DNA of 64,000 nt. Origin: Raillietiella orientalis (lineage: Eukaryota). The notes under the pieces were generated by a model. That model was not told the origin of the DNA. It saw only the letters and a program-made list of their open reading frames with translations, and made no database searches. Both the position numbers and the translations under genes were made by a program. The stretch is from contig JAYWIR010000001.1 in assembly GCA_036172245.1 (NCBI GenBank), positions 1,798,001-1,862,000 of the forward strand. The letters are read 5' to 3'. The stretch's first letter is position 1; the number at the start of each line of letters is the position of its first letter. Of this stretch, positions 1 through 12,719 are shown piece after piece.

Positions 1-2559
1 TCTTTTTTTTTTTCTGAAGTACAGCAAAAAATTAGTTCCTCATGTTGCTGCTGCTGGTATGAGCACTCTTGCGGAACTCGGTGCCCAGTAAGCAGTGAAG
101 ATGGAACCAAAGGAAAGGCAGATAAAGGTAATACCTTAACCAGCTCTTTCAAACGGGAACTACTGTGACTTCCGAGTTTTCCACATGCCTTTAATCCCCC
201 AGGAGCGTAGTCCCCTCAGTGCTTTTCATCTTGTTTTCTCTTCCGAGTATGCACCTTTATGCAAAAATCACATTATTTCATTACTGTTTTGCCAAAGAAA
301 GAGAAAAAAAAAAAAAAAGGTAAAGTCCACCCTTTAAGCCGATGCTTTCGGTCCTATAAACCCCAATGGTTGCTCCTGACCGCCCATGTGTGCTCTGTGG
401 ACATTCACGTCTTGCTAAATTTTGCATTGCAATGCCTACAACCTACTTTCCGCTCGGTCCTTGATCGCGATACAGTAGAAAGTAGGTTTTTCAAACGACC
501 GGAAAATGTTCGGTAGGGATGTCGGTGATCTCAGGTCGAATTTCTTGACCCGACATACTTTTTCCCCATTCCCTGTAAAAATTCCGACTGGGGGATCCGC
601 TCAGTGAAACTTCTTGCTGGACCCGAAGTGCAGGAGGAATCCGGGCAGAGTGCCTTGCACCTTCATCATCTGCACGTTTCTCATTTGCATAGAGTGCCTC
701 CTCGTCTTCCCACTCGCCATTCTGCTTTTTCATCTCTCCTCGGAATTATCCCGAGCGGTCGGGATGCATTGCCGGTAGAAGGAAGGGAGTTCTGGAAGGA
801 ACAGATGGATCCGCTCCCTTCGCTTTTCACCTTACTGTCCATCGCTCCTCAGACCTGCTTCAGTTCATGGGACGAGAACGCACGTCTTACACTGCCTTGA
901 GCCTTTTCAATACTGCATTACAAAAGCGTGTGACCTGGGAGACCGTGTGGGTGAATTTGACCAGTTCGTAAATGGTCAGTTTGCTCGAGGTGCATGCTCT
1001 GCACCCCTCTCCGGGTGTCAGGAAGCAGATGCTTCAAAAATTCCCATGTGGTAAAAGTGAAAATGCTTTTGTTTTGTGGGCAGGCGATGCTGGAAAGGCT
1101 CTAGCTTGAGACTTATTATTTTCTTGATCATTCTGCCATCGGTTTCGCTCTTGGACGACAAAATTGCAGATCTCAGTGACCACTCGGCGTGGCTTGCCGT
1201 CTTCAAATTCATGGACCGCGCGATCACCGCCCCAGTGATGGCATGGGGCGCAGAAAAAATTGCAGGCGTTGGCGTATATATTCGGGGTCACGGATTAATT
1301 AATTGGTCAATGAATTGATATTTAATCAGGTGAATTCATATTGCTCCTGGCCTATTTCATGAAGCCCTTTTAAATGATTTTTTTCTGCTTTCCCATTTTG
1401 TTTTAAAAAAAGGCCAGTAGTGACCTCACCAGGAGATAGTTACTATTAGACCGTGTACTATTGGACCGGTCATGTGGCCACGGTCATTAAAATCCTCAGC
1501 CATGTCTCTATCTATCAATACCGCGCACGTCCATTACATTCTGTGAAATGATAAGGTTAGTAAAGGAGTGGTGAAAACATAAGAAATCTCAAGTGAAAGC
1601 GAACCTGATTTACAGTAGGTACCGTTTAATATAAAATAAGTAAGACAGTGACGGGTTATGTAATGTGAAATTGGGGGAATGATATGTTTTGGGAATCCTT
1701 TTAGGAATTGGTTCCCCCCCCCCAGCCCTATTGTTCTCTTTTTCGACCCGTGATCGCCATGTGTGTTTTCGTCTGCTCCATCCGTTCCTGGACGCCTGCA
1801 GCTTCGGTTCCTCCAGCGACACGGATGCGCTTCCTTTCTTTCGGCGTGCTTCCTATTCGTAGCTTTCTACGTGGGACTTCAGGAGGGAAAAGACCTACTG
1901 AACGGATTAATCATGGCGCTTCGTTCATCACGTTCATAGTGACCTGCCGCTGGCGCGTCCTGAGCTCTTGAGCTCGCTCGTGACCTGTCTTGCTGTAAGC
2001 TACGTTGGAAGACTTGCGCATCAGTTGCTTGCGTTCCTCGAGAATGTGGGTCCTTCCTTGGCCCCACCCGGTTGGTTTCGAACTGGGTAACGGATGGCTT
2101 TAAACCATCAACAGACATCCTGGTTCCATAATACTGGATCATTGGCTGGTGGTACTTTCGCAGAAGGACCTCAGCATCTACGATGATGGTGCCTTCCCTT
2201 CCTACTGTTCTCTAGAAAAAGATTACTTTCAAGACAACGCGCAGTGCATTTTGGAACAAATCGCAGCAAGAATCATTGGCAGAACTGTCTTCGCCGATCG
2301 AAGCCTTCAATTTTTTTTGGTTCGCTCAGCACTGAAGAACCGCTTGCTTCGTTTTTTTTAGCTCTTGAAGCACCGTCCACGCCAAGCACGTATAACTCCT
2401 CAGGTCACAGGGTTAACACCCGGTAACGCCGGGGCGTTTATTATAAAAAATAATAAACAAACCTGTGTAGGGTCATCGGCCCTATATCGTCCGAAAATGT
2501 TCGGGACCTGCCGAGTTGATTGGCACGCAGGCCGGAGTGGTTCGCCTCGGCAGCGGAGG

Positions 2560-2870
2560 GGCAAACAAAAATAAAAATAAAATAAAGATCAATAATAAGA
2601 AAAAAAACTTTGGGAGGCACGGGAAGGGATCACCGGGAGCTGGAGGACGTCCTCTGCATCCTTTCCAGGATGCCGGCAAGTGCCATCCAAGTGTGCTCCA
2701 GGTGGGACCATCTTGCTGTCGTCCGCAGGAAGAGCAGGGAGAAGTCCCTATCGCGCCGTCCTCCTCTCGCCTAGCTCCAGGCCTCCGCAATCCCTCGTAG
2801 GCAGCAGCAAAGAGCTGCTGGGGATGCGGCAGGCGAAAGGCCGTCGCGCACGAAGAAGCGCTTAGTCGCG
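2560..2870 (-). mobile_element. L1/Tx1-like LINE 3' end remnant (end of ORF2 plus T-rich 3' UTR)
   Basis: Minus strand reads SLLFLRTTARWSHLEHTWMALAGILERMQRT, homologous to 4700-4920, 12720-12950 and to the ORF2 C-terminus at 25250-25350 (MTVATRWPHL) that follows a zf-RVT-like motif. Confidence 0.6.
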
Positions 2871-2879
2871 TCTCTGGGA

Positions 2880-3445
2880 TTGTCAAATTGGTAGGGAGTA
2901 CCCCGGATGGAGACCACGCAATGATCCCAGGAAGGGCTCTGGAAGGAGTCCGTCCCTCTTGAGCTTGGGAGGGGAACTTCGGAAGAAACCCCCGCCCTGT
3001 TTGTCTCCGAAGGGAACTCGGAAATGATTCGTTCTTGGAACTTCTTCGGAAGGAACCCGCAAGGTAACCGCTCCTTGGTTTCCTCCTCTGGAGAGACCCC
3101 GAAGGAACAGAGCGCTTCCTGTACTCTGGAAAGGCGACCCTCCGCGGGGAGCATCAACCAGCCCCATGATGCAGCTCCACCCTCAACCGGAGGGGAATCC
3201 CGAAGAGCTCCTTGATTCCTGGAAGGACCCCGGTGGAGTCGGCTTACGATCCCGGCCAGTCGACCGGCCGAAGAGCATCCGCTTTCCAGCAGCTCCAGCC
3301 TGCGGGGAGGACTCGGAACTCACGACGTGCGTTCTCCGTTCTCGACGGTTGACGCTTCCCCGGGCGGGATTCGAACCAGCGACGCCCAGTGCCACGCCGG
3401 CGGAGGCCGCAGTCTGCACGGCCGCCGCCAAACGCGGGCCAGCGC
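2880..3445 (-). mobile_element. tRNA-derived SINE copy (family A)
   Basis: B-box GGTTCGAATCCC on the minus strand at 3366-3377; the body aligns by eye with five other dispersed copies in the window. Confidence 0.7.
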
Positions 3446-3574
3446 TATTCTTTTTGGGGTGCAGCTGCGCGTATTCCGAAGGTCTTTTGCACTGCCATCG
3501 ATAACGAAGTTGATGAGAAGCAAGAGAAACAAAAGCAGTCAAAATAAAGCAGCAACAACAACACACGCACACAT

Positions 3575-4010
3575 CTGGAATCTTAAATTATTGGATTCAA
3601 ACATAAATGGAAACCGCAAGCCATTTCTCAGGAGCTACAGTTAGCCAGATATTAATCCGCAATGCGGAAGCCTTCACCGAGACATGGAAGGTCACGTTGC
3701 CGGTCGCTGCTTCCTGGGGTGTCGTGGATTCCGTTCCGGATCATCGGAAGGAAACCGTGCACCCCGGTGGTTGACTGGCAGCAGGAGGCGTCGCGATTTC
3801 ACTCAACCCGCCCCTCCCAGAACGCTGGAGGGTTCCTTGACCAGAAGTGGGGAACGAACTGTGCAAGAATGCTCGAAATGCTTCGACGGTGGAAAGGGAA
3901 AGTGACGCCCAGCTGAGACAATGGATGCGAGAACCGCGGGCTCGTTGTGCAACTCGGGAGCTCGTTCTCATTCGGGACGCGTAGCCGCAGAGAGGAGAGA
4001 GGGGGAGACC
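3575..4010 (+). mobile_element. Decayed LINE apurinic-like (APE) endonuclease fragment
   Basis: APE-like motifs in the expected order across frameshifts and stops: NLKLLDSNINGN (3579-3614), AFTETW (3670), GGVAISLN (~3784), LVLIRDA (~3960, GDFN-like). Confidence 0.55.
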
Positions 4011-4389
4011 TGGAGGAAAGGCACTCCCTCAGCGCAGTTCATTATTCCTCGGAAGCAAGAGATCTTTCTGGCTCCGGGAGCGGCTCCCAAGACCTCGTCC
4101 CCAGAAATAAGGAGATTCTCCTGTCGCATCAAGAGTGCTTCCATAGGATTTTGGAAAAAGGGAACGAGCTGTTGCTCCGATACGGATTTCCGGGAGAAAT
4201 ACCAGCTGTATCAGGATGAATAATGAAGGAGAGCGAATGCATCAGGGAAGAAATTCTCGGGACATTTCCCGTGCACGGGAGAATAGAAAATTCCCAAATA
4301 CAGAACTGGGAAAAAGAATGAAGACTCAGGGTTTCGAAACTGCCATGCACCGCGGAACGCGATTTGCCTTCCTCGAAGGGAGGCTTCAT

Positions 4390-4595
4390 CTGTCCGCGTT
4401 GGCGGCCCCGCTGGGACCCCAACGCTCTTCGCGTGTGACACCGCCAAGAGTCGCGGTTTCGAATCCCTCCCGGGGAAGCGTCGACGTCGGGCACGGGGGG
4501 TGCGTCGTGGGTTTCGATTCTTTCCGCAGGATGGAGTTGGTTGACCTGTTGGCTTCGGGTGCCGCACTGGTTGACACCCGGTCACGCCGGGGAGT
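4390..4595 (+). mobile_element. SINE family A, 5' part (head); continues at 5505-5900 after an insertion
   Basis: GTTTCGAATCCC at 4456-4467 followed by CCCGGGGAAGCGTCGACG; reverse-complement similarity to 3250-3430. Confidence 0.65.
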
Positions 4596-4699
4596 TTATT
4601 TCTAAGCCTACATGTCTGCAGCAGGAGTTTGATCTTGTTACGTTCCTTATAACTACGATAAGGAACCTGCCAGGATCTGGCAAGCGGGCCAGCGGGGTT

Positions 4700-5000
4700 C
4701 GCCCCGGCAGCACAAGAGAAAGGGAGACAAACAAAAAGAAAAACATAAAACAAAGAACATACAGTCAAAAAATGGGGAGAGGGGTTCGGAAAGTGTTTTG
4801 GAGGGTGCTGGAGAGTGTCCTCGGCATCCTTGCAAGGATGCCGGCAAGTTCCTGTTCCAAGACTCCCGGATGGGTCCATTTTGACGCTGTCCTCATGAAG
4901 AGGACAGCAGAATAGATGGCGTCCCTGTCGTTCTGGCCTCCTCTGGAGTTGCCTGGCCAAGTTCCTGTTCCAAGCGTCGCGTCAAAGAGCCCTCAAAGAA
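4700..5000 (-). mobile_element. L1/Tx1-like LINE 3' end remnant lying between the two halves of a SINE copy
   Basis: Minus strand reads SAVLFMRTASKWTHPGVLEQELAGILARM; homologous to 2560-2870 and 12720-12950. Confidence 0.6.
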
Positions 5001-5504
5001 GCCAGAGGGCAATGCAGTGCACTAGGAGGTGCGGGAAGGGTTCCCGCTCCCCAAACCCTGCACAGTTTGGATCCACACACACCCGTGTCCAATGATGGCG
5101 GCGGGCATTGCACGGGAGGCCCCAGTGTAGCAGCATCAACGCCGACTCCTGTCACTTGAAGGGGAGGATGCGGGTGTTCATGAGCACCGGGGACCACTGA
5201 AGGTCTTCCTCCAGAATACCCAGTGGCATGCCCTAGCGCAAAAGTCCATGAGGTCAAGTACTCGGGGTCGCAGAGTCAGTGAGCTGTCCCGTCGTCCACT
5301 AGCTCAGTCCTCTTCTCCTGGAGATTTTCACAGTGACCTCCCATCTAGCCGCAAGTCTGCTGCCCATATGCTCCTTAAAGGAGGGCAGCGCGGCGGCGAA
5401 GGAGGGTGCTGCACTGGTGGAAGCCGAATGCCCCCTTCGGCTGGCCGAGATGGGAAGTTGACCATCCGACGTCCATCCGGGACATCAAGCAGCCCTTCGG
5501 GGTT

Positions 5505-5900
5505 GCCCTCCGGCTGCCAAAAGGGAGCCGTGCCATGGAGCTGGTTGATGCCCCCTCGTAGGGTCGCCTCTCCAGAGTGCTTAAGAAGCGCGCTGCGCGC
5601 CCTTTGGGGTTCTTTCCAGAGGAGGAAATAAAGCGGTTCCCTTCGGAGACAACCAGGACGGGGGTTCCTTCCGAAGTTTCCCTCCCAAGCTCAAGAGGGA
5701 CGGATTCCTTCCTCCAGAGTCCTTCCAGAGTTCATAGCATGGTTCCCTTCTGGGGTATTTCCTAACGTGAAGAGTCAACACGCACCTTCGGATGGCGTGG
5801 ATGGTGCTTCAAGAGCTTCGTGAGACCCTGGGCGGGCAGTTCTTGAGGACATGGCGAACCAAAAAAAAGAAAACCGGAAAAAAAGGCAAAAAAAAACAAA
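5505..5900 (+). mobile_element. SINE family A, 3' part with A-rich tail
   Basis: GTGCCATGGAGCTGGTTGATG...CTCCCAAGCTCAAGAGGGACGGA matches the reverse complement of 2900-3180; ends TTCTTGAGGACATGGCGAACCAAAAAAAA like the copy ending at ~38553. Confidence 0.7.
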
Positions 5901-7029
5901 AACAAAAAATCTGAGAGGAGAGAAACGGAGGATCCCTCTGCAAACACGCCAGCATCAAGTGCCTTTTTCTATTAGACAACAAGATATCGAAACGATAGAC
6001 AAAAGCACACAAGATCGAAGCACCCTTTCCATCTTAGCAGTGCCATCTAAAAAGAAATCTGTTTTTTCTTTTTATTTTTCTTTCAGTGTCCCGAATCGTC
6101 GAACTGATTTGAAAACTTCAATTCCGTATTATGGTACAATCCAGGTGCCCACATTGGAATACAAATGTGCAAGCTTTAGGTGTCTACACGATACGTACGG
6201 CCGAATTCTGGATGCAAAGAGTGTTGAAAGCTCTGTAAAGTGCAGCCCCACCTCGTTACCTGGGATGCGGATGGTCGAATCATCAACATCCCTCGGTTTT
6301 TACAAACTGTCATGACTTAACCACTGAGTTTAAGAAAGACTTCGTTTAATACTCCCCCCCCCCCTTTTCCTTTTTTTTTTTCTTTTCCTGACTTTAAAAT
6401 GTGGCGGAATCCGAACACAATCGAGCCGTTTTATACATGTTGAAACACAAAGCTCTTCGCCGGGCGAAAACATCAAGACTGAGGTCACTGCGATCCAATT
6501 CCTCGTGGCCTGCAGCATCCCCCAAGACGGCGCAAACATTCATTCATTCAAACCTCGCTACCTTGTTGAACTCGGAGCACAAATTTTACAAATACATTAC
6601 AGATAAAAATCATTGTTTTTTTGTTCGCTTAAAGTCTTCGCGTTCGAAAGTAAGGCCTTGTTTTTTTCTCTTTCTGTTTTTTTTTTTTTTTTATAAAAAT
6701 GAAGCAGGCAACGTGCTTAATTTAGCGTACTTGAATTCACCACAGATTTTTGAACTCTAATACTAAAAGTGTTTTCTTAAATAAGGGAACGGAAATGCTA
6801 CTTTGACTACTTATCTTTATTTTTTTTTTTAAAAAGGCAAACACATCTGTGCGAACATGTAAAGCGAATCCCCATCACAAGGGAAAGATCGTGAATTCCT
6901 TGAATCTCATTTTTCTTTGTTTTTTTTTTTCCAATTAATTAACAAATAGGAAATTCAAACTCGAAACTCGGCTCTGCGTGCAGAAACCTCTGCGAATGAT
7001 CTGGCATTCCTGATCCGTTAGATCTTTTA

Positions 7030-7290
7030 AAACAATCCGCTTCGACTAACAAACCTTGCACCACGTGGCACCCTCTGGGAATCCGGTGAAGACCACCTGT
7101 CCCGTGATCCTCGAATTACCAGGAGCAGTCTGAGATTCCGGTGGACGTGCCACTTCCACCAGGAAGCCCACCGTGATGAAAACCGTAGACATCTGGTTGC
7201 ATTCCAGGCCTGTAGGCCCAAAGCAAGCAGGTTTTGCACGCAGAGGATGTTACAAACAGATAAGCAACAGATGATTTTGCCGGCCACAAA
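7030..7290 (-). mobile_element. Possible Tx1-like ORF1 remnant
   Basis: Minus frame STVFITVGFLVEVARPPES...RITGQVVFTGFPEGATWCKVC resembles the segment leading into the first zinc knuckle of Tx1/L1 ORF1. Confidence 0.3.
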
Positions 7291-10200
7291 AAAGAGAGAA
7301 AGATATGCTAACTCAATGAATGGTAGCGCGCCACATTAATGGTGAAAACATGGCGGACGGGAACTCCTGTTTTATCCGCATTTTTCCGCCGTGCAGTGGA
7401 CCGGAACTGCTCTCTGGCGTGGGAGCCACACATCTTTCATCTCGTAAGAACTTGCAAACGGAACGAACGTTCGAACGATCTCTTATTGCATAGGATGCTG
7501 GGTGACCCCCCAGCTGCGCTTCAGCTCTTCGGCGAGGCACGTTCCCCCGGCGCCCCCGGCGGTGGGGGGGATTCTGGGGTAGCTGGAATCCGCTCCAAGG
7601 GGTTCCGTCTTCGCCGCACCGACTGCGGCGGAACGTGGGTGCGTCGACGAAAAAAAACGTGGTTACTGGGAACCCTGTCCCTGTCGGAAGGAGAAATCAC
7701 GAATCACTCCTTCCACTCAGCACTCTACTCCAAAATACCCTATCAGCTCGTGCGGTCTTCATTTATCCGCATGGTAATTTCATTTCTTGTGCACCGGCTG
7801 GGAGAACTTTCGCAGCGGAGAGAGGGCGGGAAAAAAAAAAAAAAAAAAAAAACGCTTGATGCGATGGCGAGTCGACGTGCATCTTTCATGTTTACCGGGT
7901 GCGGCCTTTTTTTTTTTTTAAAAAAAAAAGATGGTTCCAAACTTGAAAATGCCTGGACTCTTTCTCGGATCCTTCGGGATCAGGTCCCTACTCGGTTGTG
8001 AGAGGACGCGTGCCTTCATCCTGGAAATTTTCCGATCACGGAACCGGCGGGAAGAAAAACGCCGCTGCTCCGTTGCCCCGGGTCCGACACCACCACACTG
8101 CGTTTGCGGTCGCTTTGTAATACATGGGTGGTGGTGACGACGCCGACTTTTGCTATTCGCCTGCCCCCCCCTCCCTCCTCCTCCTGGAAACCATTAGCTT
8201 CTCCCTGACCGCGCACATTTCCCTTCGGAAGCCGATCCAGAGCACATTCGAGAAGCAAGCGCCCTTTCCCATTCGGGGGAAGAAGGCTTTCCCCTTTGAT
8301 GTGGAAAGCAGGAGGGAAATTTCGAACAAAGGCAATCACTTGCGTGCTTCACGCAGCCCCCATGTGCACGCGTGTCTGCAAGCGGTGTCCTTCATGAAGG
8401 AATGGTCCACACTAAAAATAGCAGCTGGCAAGTTCAAGGCCACCAAGTTGTGTATGTGTTGCATTTCATCCGTACCTTCGCTCTTGGGTACGGGTGAGTG
8501 ATACACGATGTACTCCTGGCATCCACAGTAAACAAATAGGTGGCCTAGCTCGAGGAATGCCGAAACAGGGATGCTGGAAAATAAAATGAAATAAGATAAA
8601 AAAATATTGATCAGTACGAAGACGTGCGTTCACCACCGATGAAAGCATGCGCGTCCATTCGTTTATGCGTGGCCGATCCGGAGCTGTTCAGAATAGGGCT
8701 AGGGGAAAGTGAGCCCGCGATAGGGAGTGCTCCGGGGGTGACTCGGCACGTGCATTCATTTCCTGGAGAGCCGGTCGATGCTGATGCCCACCAAGAATAC
8801 CGTGACCTCGTCCGCTGGCGGGGGAGGTCGACTTGGCACTCTCGCGAGCACGTGCGCCCACCAAAGTGGACGAAACGATTTGTTTTTTCCCCTTGAAACT
8901 GAGCGTCGGCGCAAAACTCGTGTTCATGTCCTGAAGGACCCCTGAATAGGAGACTCGAAAACCAGTGTCCGAGAAGCAATACCGGAGGATACACCAAAAT
9001 AGCAAAACGGTTAAAATAAAAAGAAGAAAAGAGGTAAAAGCGGCGAATTTTCGTATCTGGAAAAAAAATATCAGCCCTAAAGGCTCATTTCCTAGGTTTA
9101 CTGACGCTGAAAACAAAGTCAGATCGCACGCACGAGTGCTTACTCTTCCTGAAACCCAAACAAACAGTGTGTTTCCCACGGAAGCAGCGAAGTGGCTTAC
9201 TGTACCGCATGAATAATAGGAAATGTAGGTATTGGGACCCGGGAGAGGGGTAACATTTCTTCTTTCGCGGCCGAAAGAAAACTGGTTGCAGCAACCATCG
9301 ACAGCCATTTGCATACCTCCGGCATTAGAGTTGCTTTGACTCTCTTTCAGCCACGTGCGTTGCGGTTCTTGTCCACCTACCTCTTGAGGCCACAAGGCTG
9401 CACAAGCGTCCACCGAGTCGGATGAGCATTTCGGGGCAGAAGAGCCTTCCATTTGTACTTCCATTTCCGAGGTTGGCTACAAGTAAACGACAGCAAAACT
9501 CGCGCATCGGAGGAAAGCGATCACGGAGCCAAAACGCCACTCCAAGAAGAAAAACACACACACGATCCCTCCACTCTGTTTATTTATCCCTACTCTATTT
9601 ATTTGCCCAACAAGGCGATTCGGTGACGAAAGGTTAGGTGCATTTCAACTACGCCGAGTGGCTTAGAGGCCGTGGCCTGTCTCCATACGTGCTGCAGCAC
9701 AAGGAAACGGGCAATGTAATGTAGCAAAAATGAAACGAAACCAATACATTCTCTGAAAAAAAAAAAAAAAAGAAAAAGAAAAGAAAAGAAAGAGAAAAAA
9801 AAAAGGGGGGGGGGGGGAATGTCACGGTTGGGAGACTAGCAGTCGATTAGAGCGCGTTATGAGCCGTGGATACTGAAAAGTCAATCGGAGTGGTGCATCA
9901 CTGCTTTCGTAGGCTTAACGTCTAAGTTGAACTCCATTTTGAGTTTTCGCGCCCACGTCCACAAGAGCCAGCCATGTGTTTGTTTGTTTTTTTTTCCGCC
10001 GCTGCTGTCCAAAAGCTGCGCTCCTCTTTAGCAAACAAAAGAACCCTTACTCATGGAACTGAAGCAAAATGAGAAAACTTCGTGCTTTTGCACTTCTGTT
10101 CTGCTTCATTATCTTCCCATCGAGGAAAGGGGGCAAGAGGGGGGGGGGGGGATGGACAAAACAAAAACAATGCCAAAAGGTGAGAGACAATGCACGCAGA

Positions 10201-10844
10201 ACTCTGTACAAATTGACCTGCCTGAACTACGCTTCGAGCATTTTTGGATTTCAAAGTTCTGCAACTCAAATTACGAAATAATTTCCAGTTTTCTTGGGAA
10301 TCGTGTGATCACTTTCGCTAGCTGCATCCGAAGCTCTGTAAAATATTACAGGCCTCCCCGCAAAAAAAGAAAGAAAAAAAAAAAAAAAAGCAGGGAAAAA
10401 AAGATCAAGATGCTGTTATCCTACTGAATTCTCTCTGCTGCAGACGAAATACTTCAAAAAAGCACAGTCTGAATTTTCTAGAACATTTCGTTCTTCTATC
10501 TGTTCGATTTCTCAGATTCCTTTCAATGTGGTGGGTGTGAGCCATCAAACGGGGAAAGCTGGTAGGTGCCGACCAGCACACCCGTGGTCCCTACGAGGGC
10601 TGTTGACCTCCGCAGCTCGTCTTCTGTGGCAATGCAGGAAACTCCGTGGCAAAGTTCGTGGAGATTCTAGCTGCTCCAAACTGCTGCCGTGTGCTTGGGA
10701 ACGAGGCCTCCAGTTGCCATTGGTCTCTTTAAAACACAGGGAATCGCAGAGGTTCTTCACGACGGGATGCCGACCCTCTTGGGCAACGAAGGAACGAATG
10801 CTGCTCACAAGTAGTGGGGACCAATCTCTGGTAAATTTTTGGCG

Positions 10845-11420
10845 AGTGCTGGTGGCCGTGTGACTATGGTCTCCGCGCGTGGTACCAAGGCTTCTAATTC
10901 CACTTGGGGAAGCATTGACGCCGAGAACGGGGGGGTGGCGTGCGCGGTGGATTTCGAGTTCCTTCACTTCACCCCTGCAGGATGACGCTGGTTGGCTTCG
11001 AGCGCGGCGCTGATGCAAGCCGGACGCCCCCGCTGACTGACCGGGATTGAAAGTCGACCTCTTCGGGATTCCTTCCACGAATCCCACGGTGCTTCGGGAA
11101 TCTGCTCCGTTTGAGGAAAGGGAACCCGTGCCATGGAGCTGGTTAATACCCTACCCCCCTCCCGAGAGGAGTCGCCTCTCCACCCAGAGTGCAAGAAGCG
11201 CGCTGTTCCCTTCGGTGTCCTCTTCAGAGGAGGAAACGAAGAGCGGCCCCCAACGGGGGGTCCCTCCGGAGAAAAGGTGGAAGCACAGGAGGGAGAAGCG
11301 TTCACGGAATGCTCCCCTCCCGGAGTACCCCTTATAACTTTTGAAGAGTTGCACGTCCCCCCCCCTCCCCCCGGTGCTTCAAGAACTTCGTTCGCCCCGC
11401 AAGGAGGCGAACGTTTCTTC
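10845..11420 (+). mobile_element. SINE family A copy (B-box decayed)
   Basis: Shared blocks GGGGAAGCATTGACGCCGAGAACG, GTGCCATGGAGCTGGTTAAT and CAAGAAGCGCGCTGTTCCCTTCGG...CAGAGGAGGAAAC. Confidence 0.65.
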
Positions 11421-12099
11421 AGAACGCTCCTTGAGAAAAAATTCGTTCATCTCTACGGCTGAGGGAGGACTTCAGAGCTTGAAAATTCGCCAGATTCAAG
11501 ATCCATTAGCAGGAAGCTTCCAGGAAAAAAGGGGAAGCTGAGGGGCGACGAATCTGCCACGTGGTGCCAATGAGATGGGGTTTCTATGCCGCCCTGAGCC
11601 CTTCCAGGTCTAACCGAGGATGCGCGGAGCAGCACCATTCCCTGAGCCCCGCGGACGAGGCGGAAGTTTCTCGGAGTAATAAGCTGCCCTGGGTCACCGG
11701 CTCAAGCGGACCAGCTAGCGGAAGAGAGAGGAAAGTGCGAAAGTGCGAAAATCCAAGGAAGCCGCTGGGACCTGCACCTGAACAGTGCAAGGTGTGGAAC
11801 CATCACACTCGGGGGTTCCGGCAGCAACCAGCGTCCAAAATGAAGTGAAGGGCGAGCTTCCGAGATGAAAGAGGGGATGCTCCCGGTACAGACGCTGCTG
11901 AGGGGGAGTTCCGCTGCCCTTGAAAGGCAAGCTGGCTGGGGATCGTTGCCCGGCGCGAAACGAGACCAGCCTTCGAAAGCACGAGGGAACGACGGCGGAA
12001 GGTCAGCATCCGCATGCGCGAAAGATGGAAATCGTTTCTCGAAGACCAGGTGATGAGGCTTTCCAGGAGCCTCTTGCATAATAGGCAAGTCAGGACTTT

Positions 12100-12330
12100 T
12101 AACGCTGTTCGTGAATAGGTTGCGTGCCCGAATGCATTGACCCTCACCACGCGCACCATCCTCCGTTGCGACGGTAACGATCCAATCCAATATGGACATC
12201 CTACCCGGCATGAAAAAAACGAGGTGTTCGATCCTCGCTCCTTCTCATCACCACCCTGGACTTTGGGCAAGTGTATGGCAAAAAACTGCAAGAATTACTC
12301 GTGTTCTTGCGGCGGTGCAGTCTCTCCCGG
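12100..12330 (+). pseudogene. Decayed Cys-rich (CXC-like) C-terminus of a transposon-associated protein
   Basis: CPNALTLTTR...DPIQYG...KNEVFDP...KCMAKNCKNYSCSC resembles the LPPTxDAL...P.xYGW...CxCxxxCxxxxCSC ending of large invertebrate DNA-transposon-like ORFs (pattern recall only). Confidence 0.35.
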
Positions 12331-12719
12331 ATTGCCTTCGCCTTTCTTTTCTTTAGAATGCTCTGCCCTCGCTGGCGTCCAGGAGTGCTTTCATTCCAGA
12401 GATCAGTACGAAGTGAGTACCAAGATGAGGTGGTACTCTCGGCTCCATGTTCCTCTGGTCTTAAGGACAGGGGGTCGCGTCCGTCTGTGGCAAAGGGTTT
12501 GATTCTTTCTACCATCTGGGGTCCACGGTGTTCCTTTTGTTTCACCCGGCCATGTCGAAGTATTTATTATCAAAAAAAAATATTTATAAAAAAACAGTCA
12601 CATAAAATGCCATCCTTCATAGTGGCTTCACTTTACCACAAAGAAGGGAAACGCCTCGCAGGAGCTGTTTCTCATGAGCAGTTCCTCGATGAGTCCTCAC
12701 AGGAGGAGTTGGGTAACGG

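Noticed and set aside
3350..3445. tRNA gene suggested by GGTTCGAATCCC (also at 17846-17857)
   Set aside because: No complete cloverleaf; the sequence continues into a shared repeat body, so these are SINE heads.
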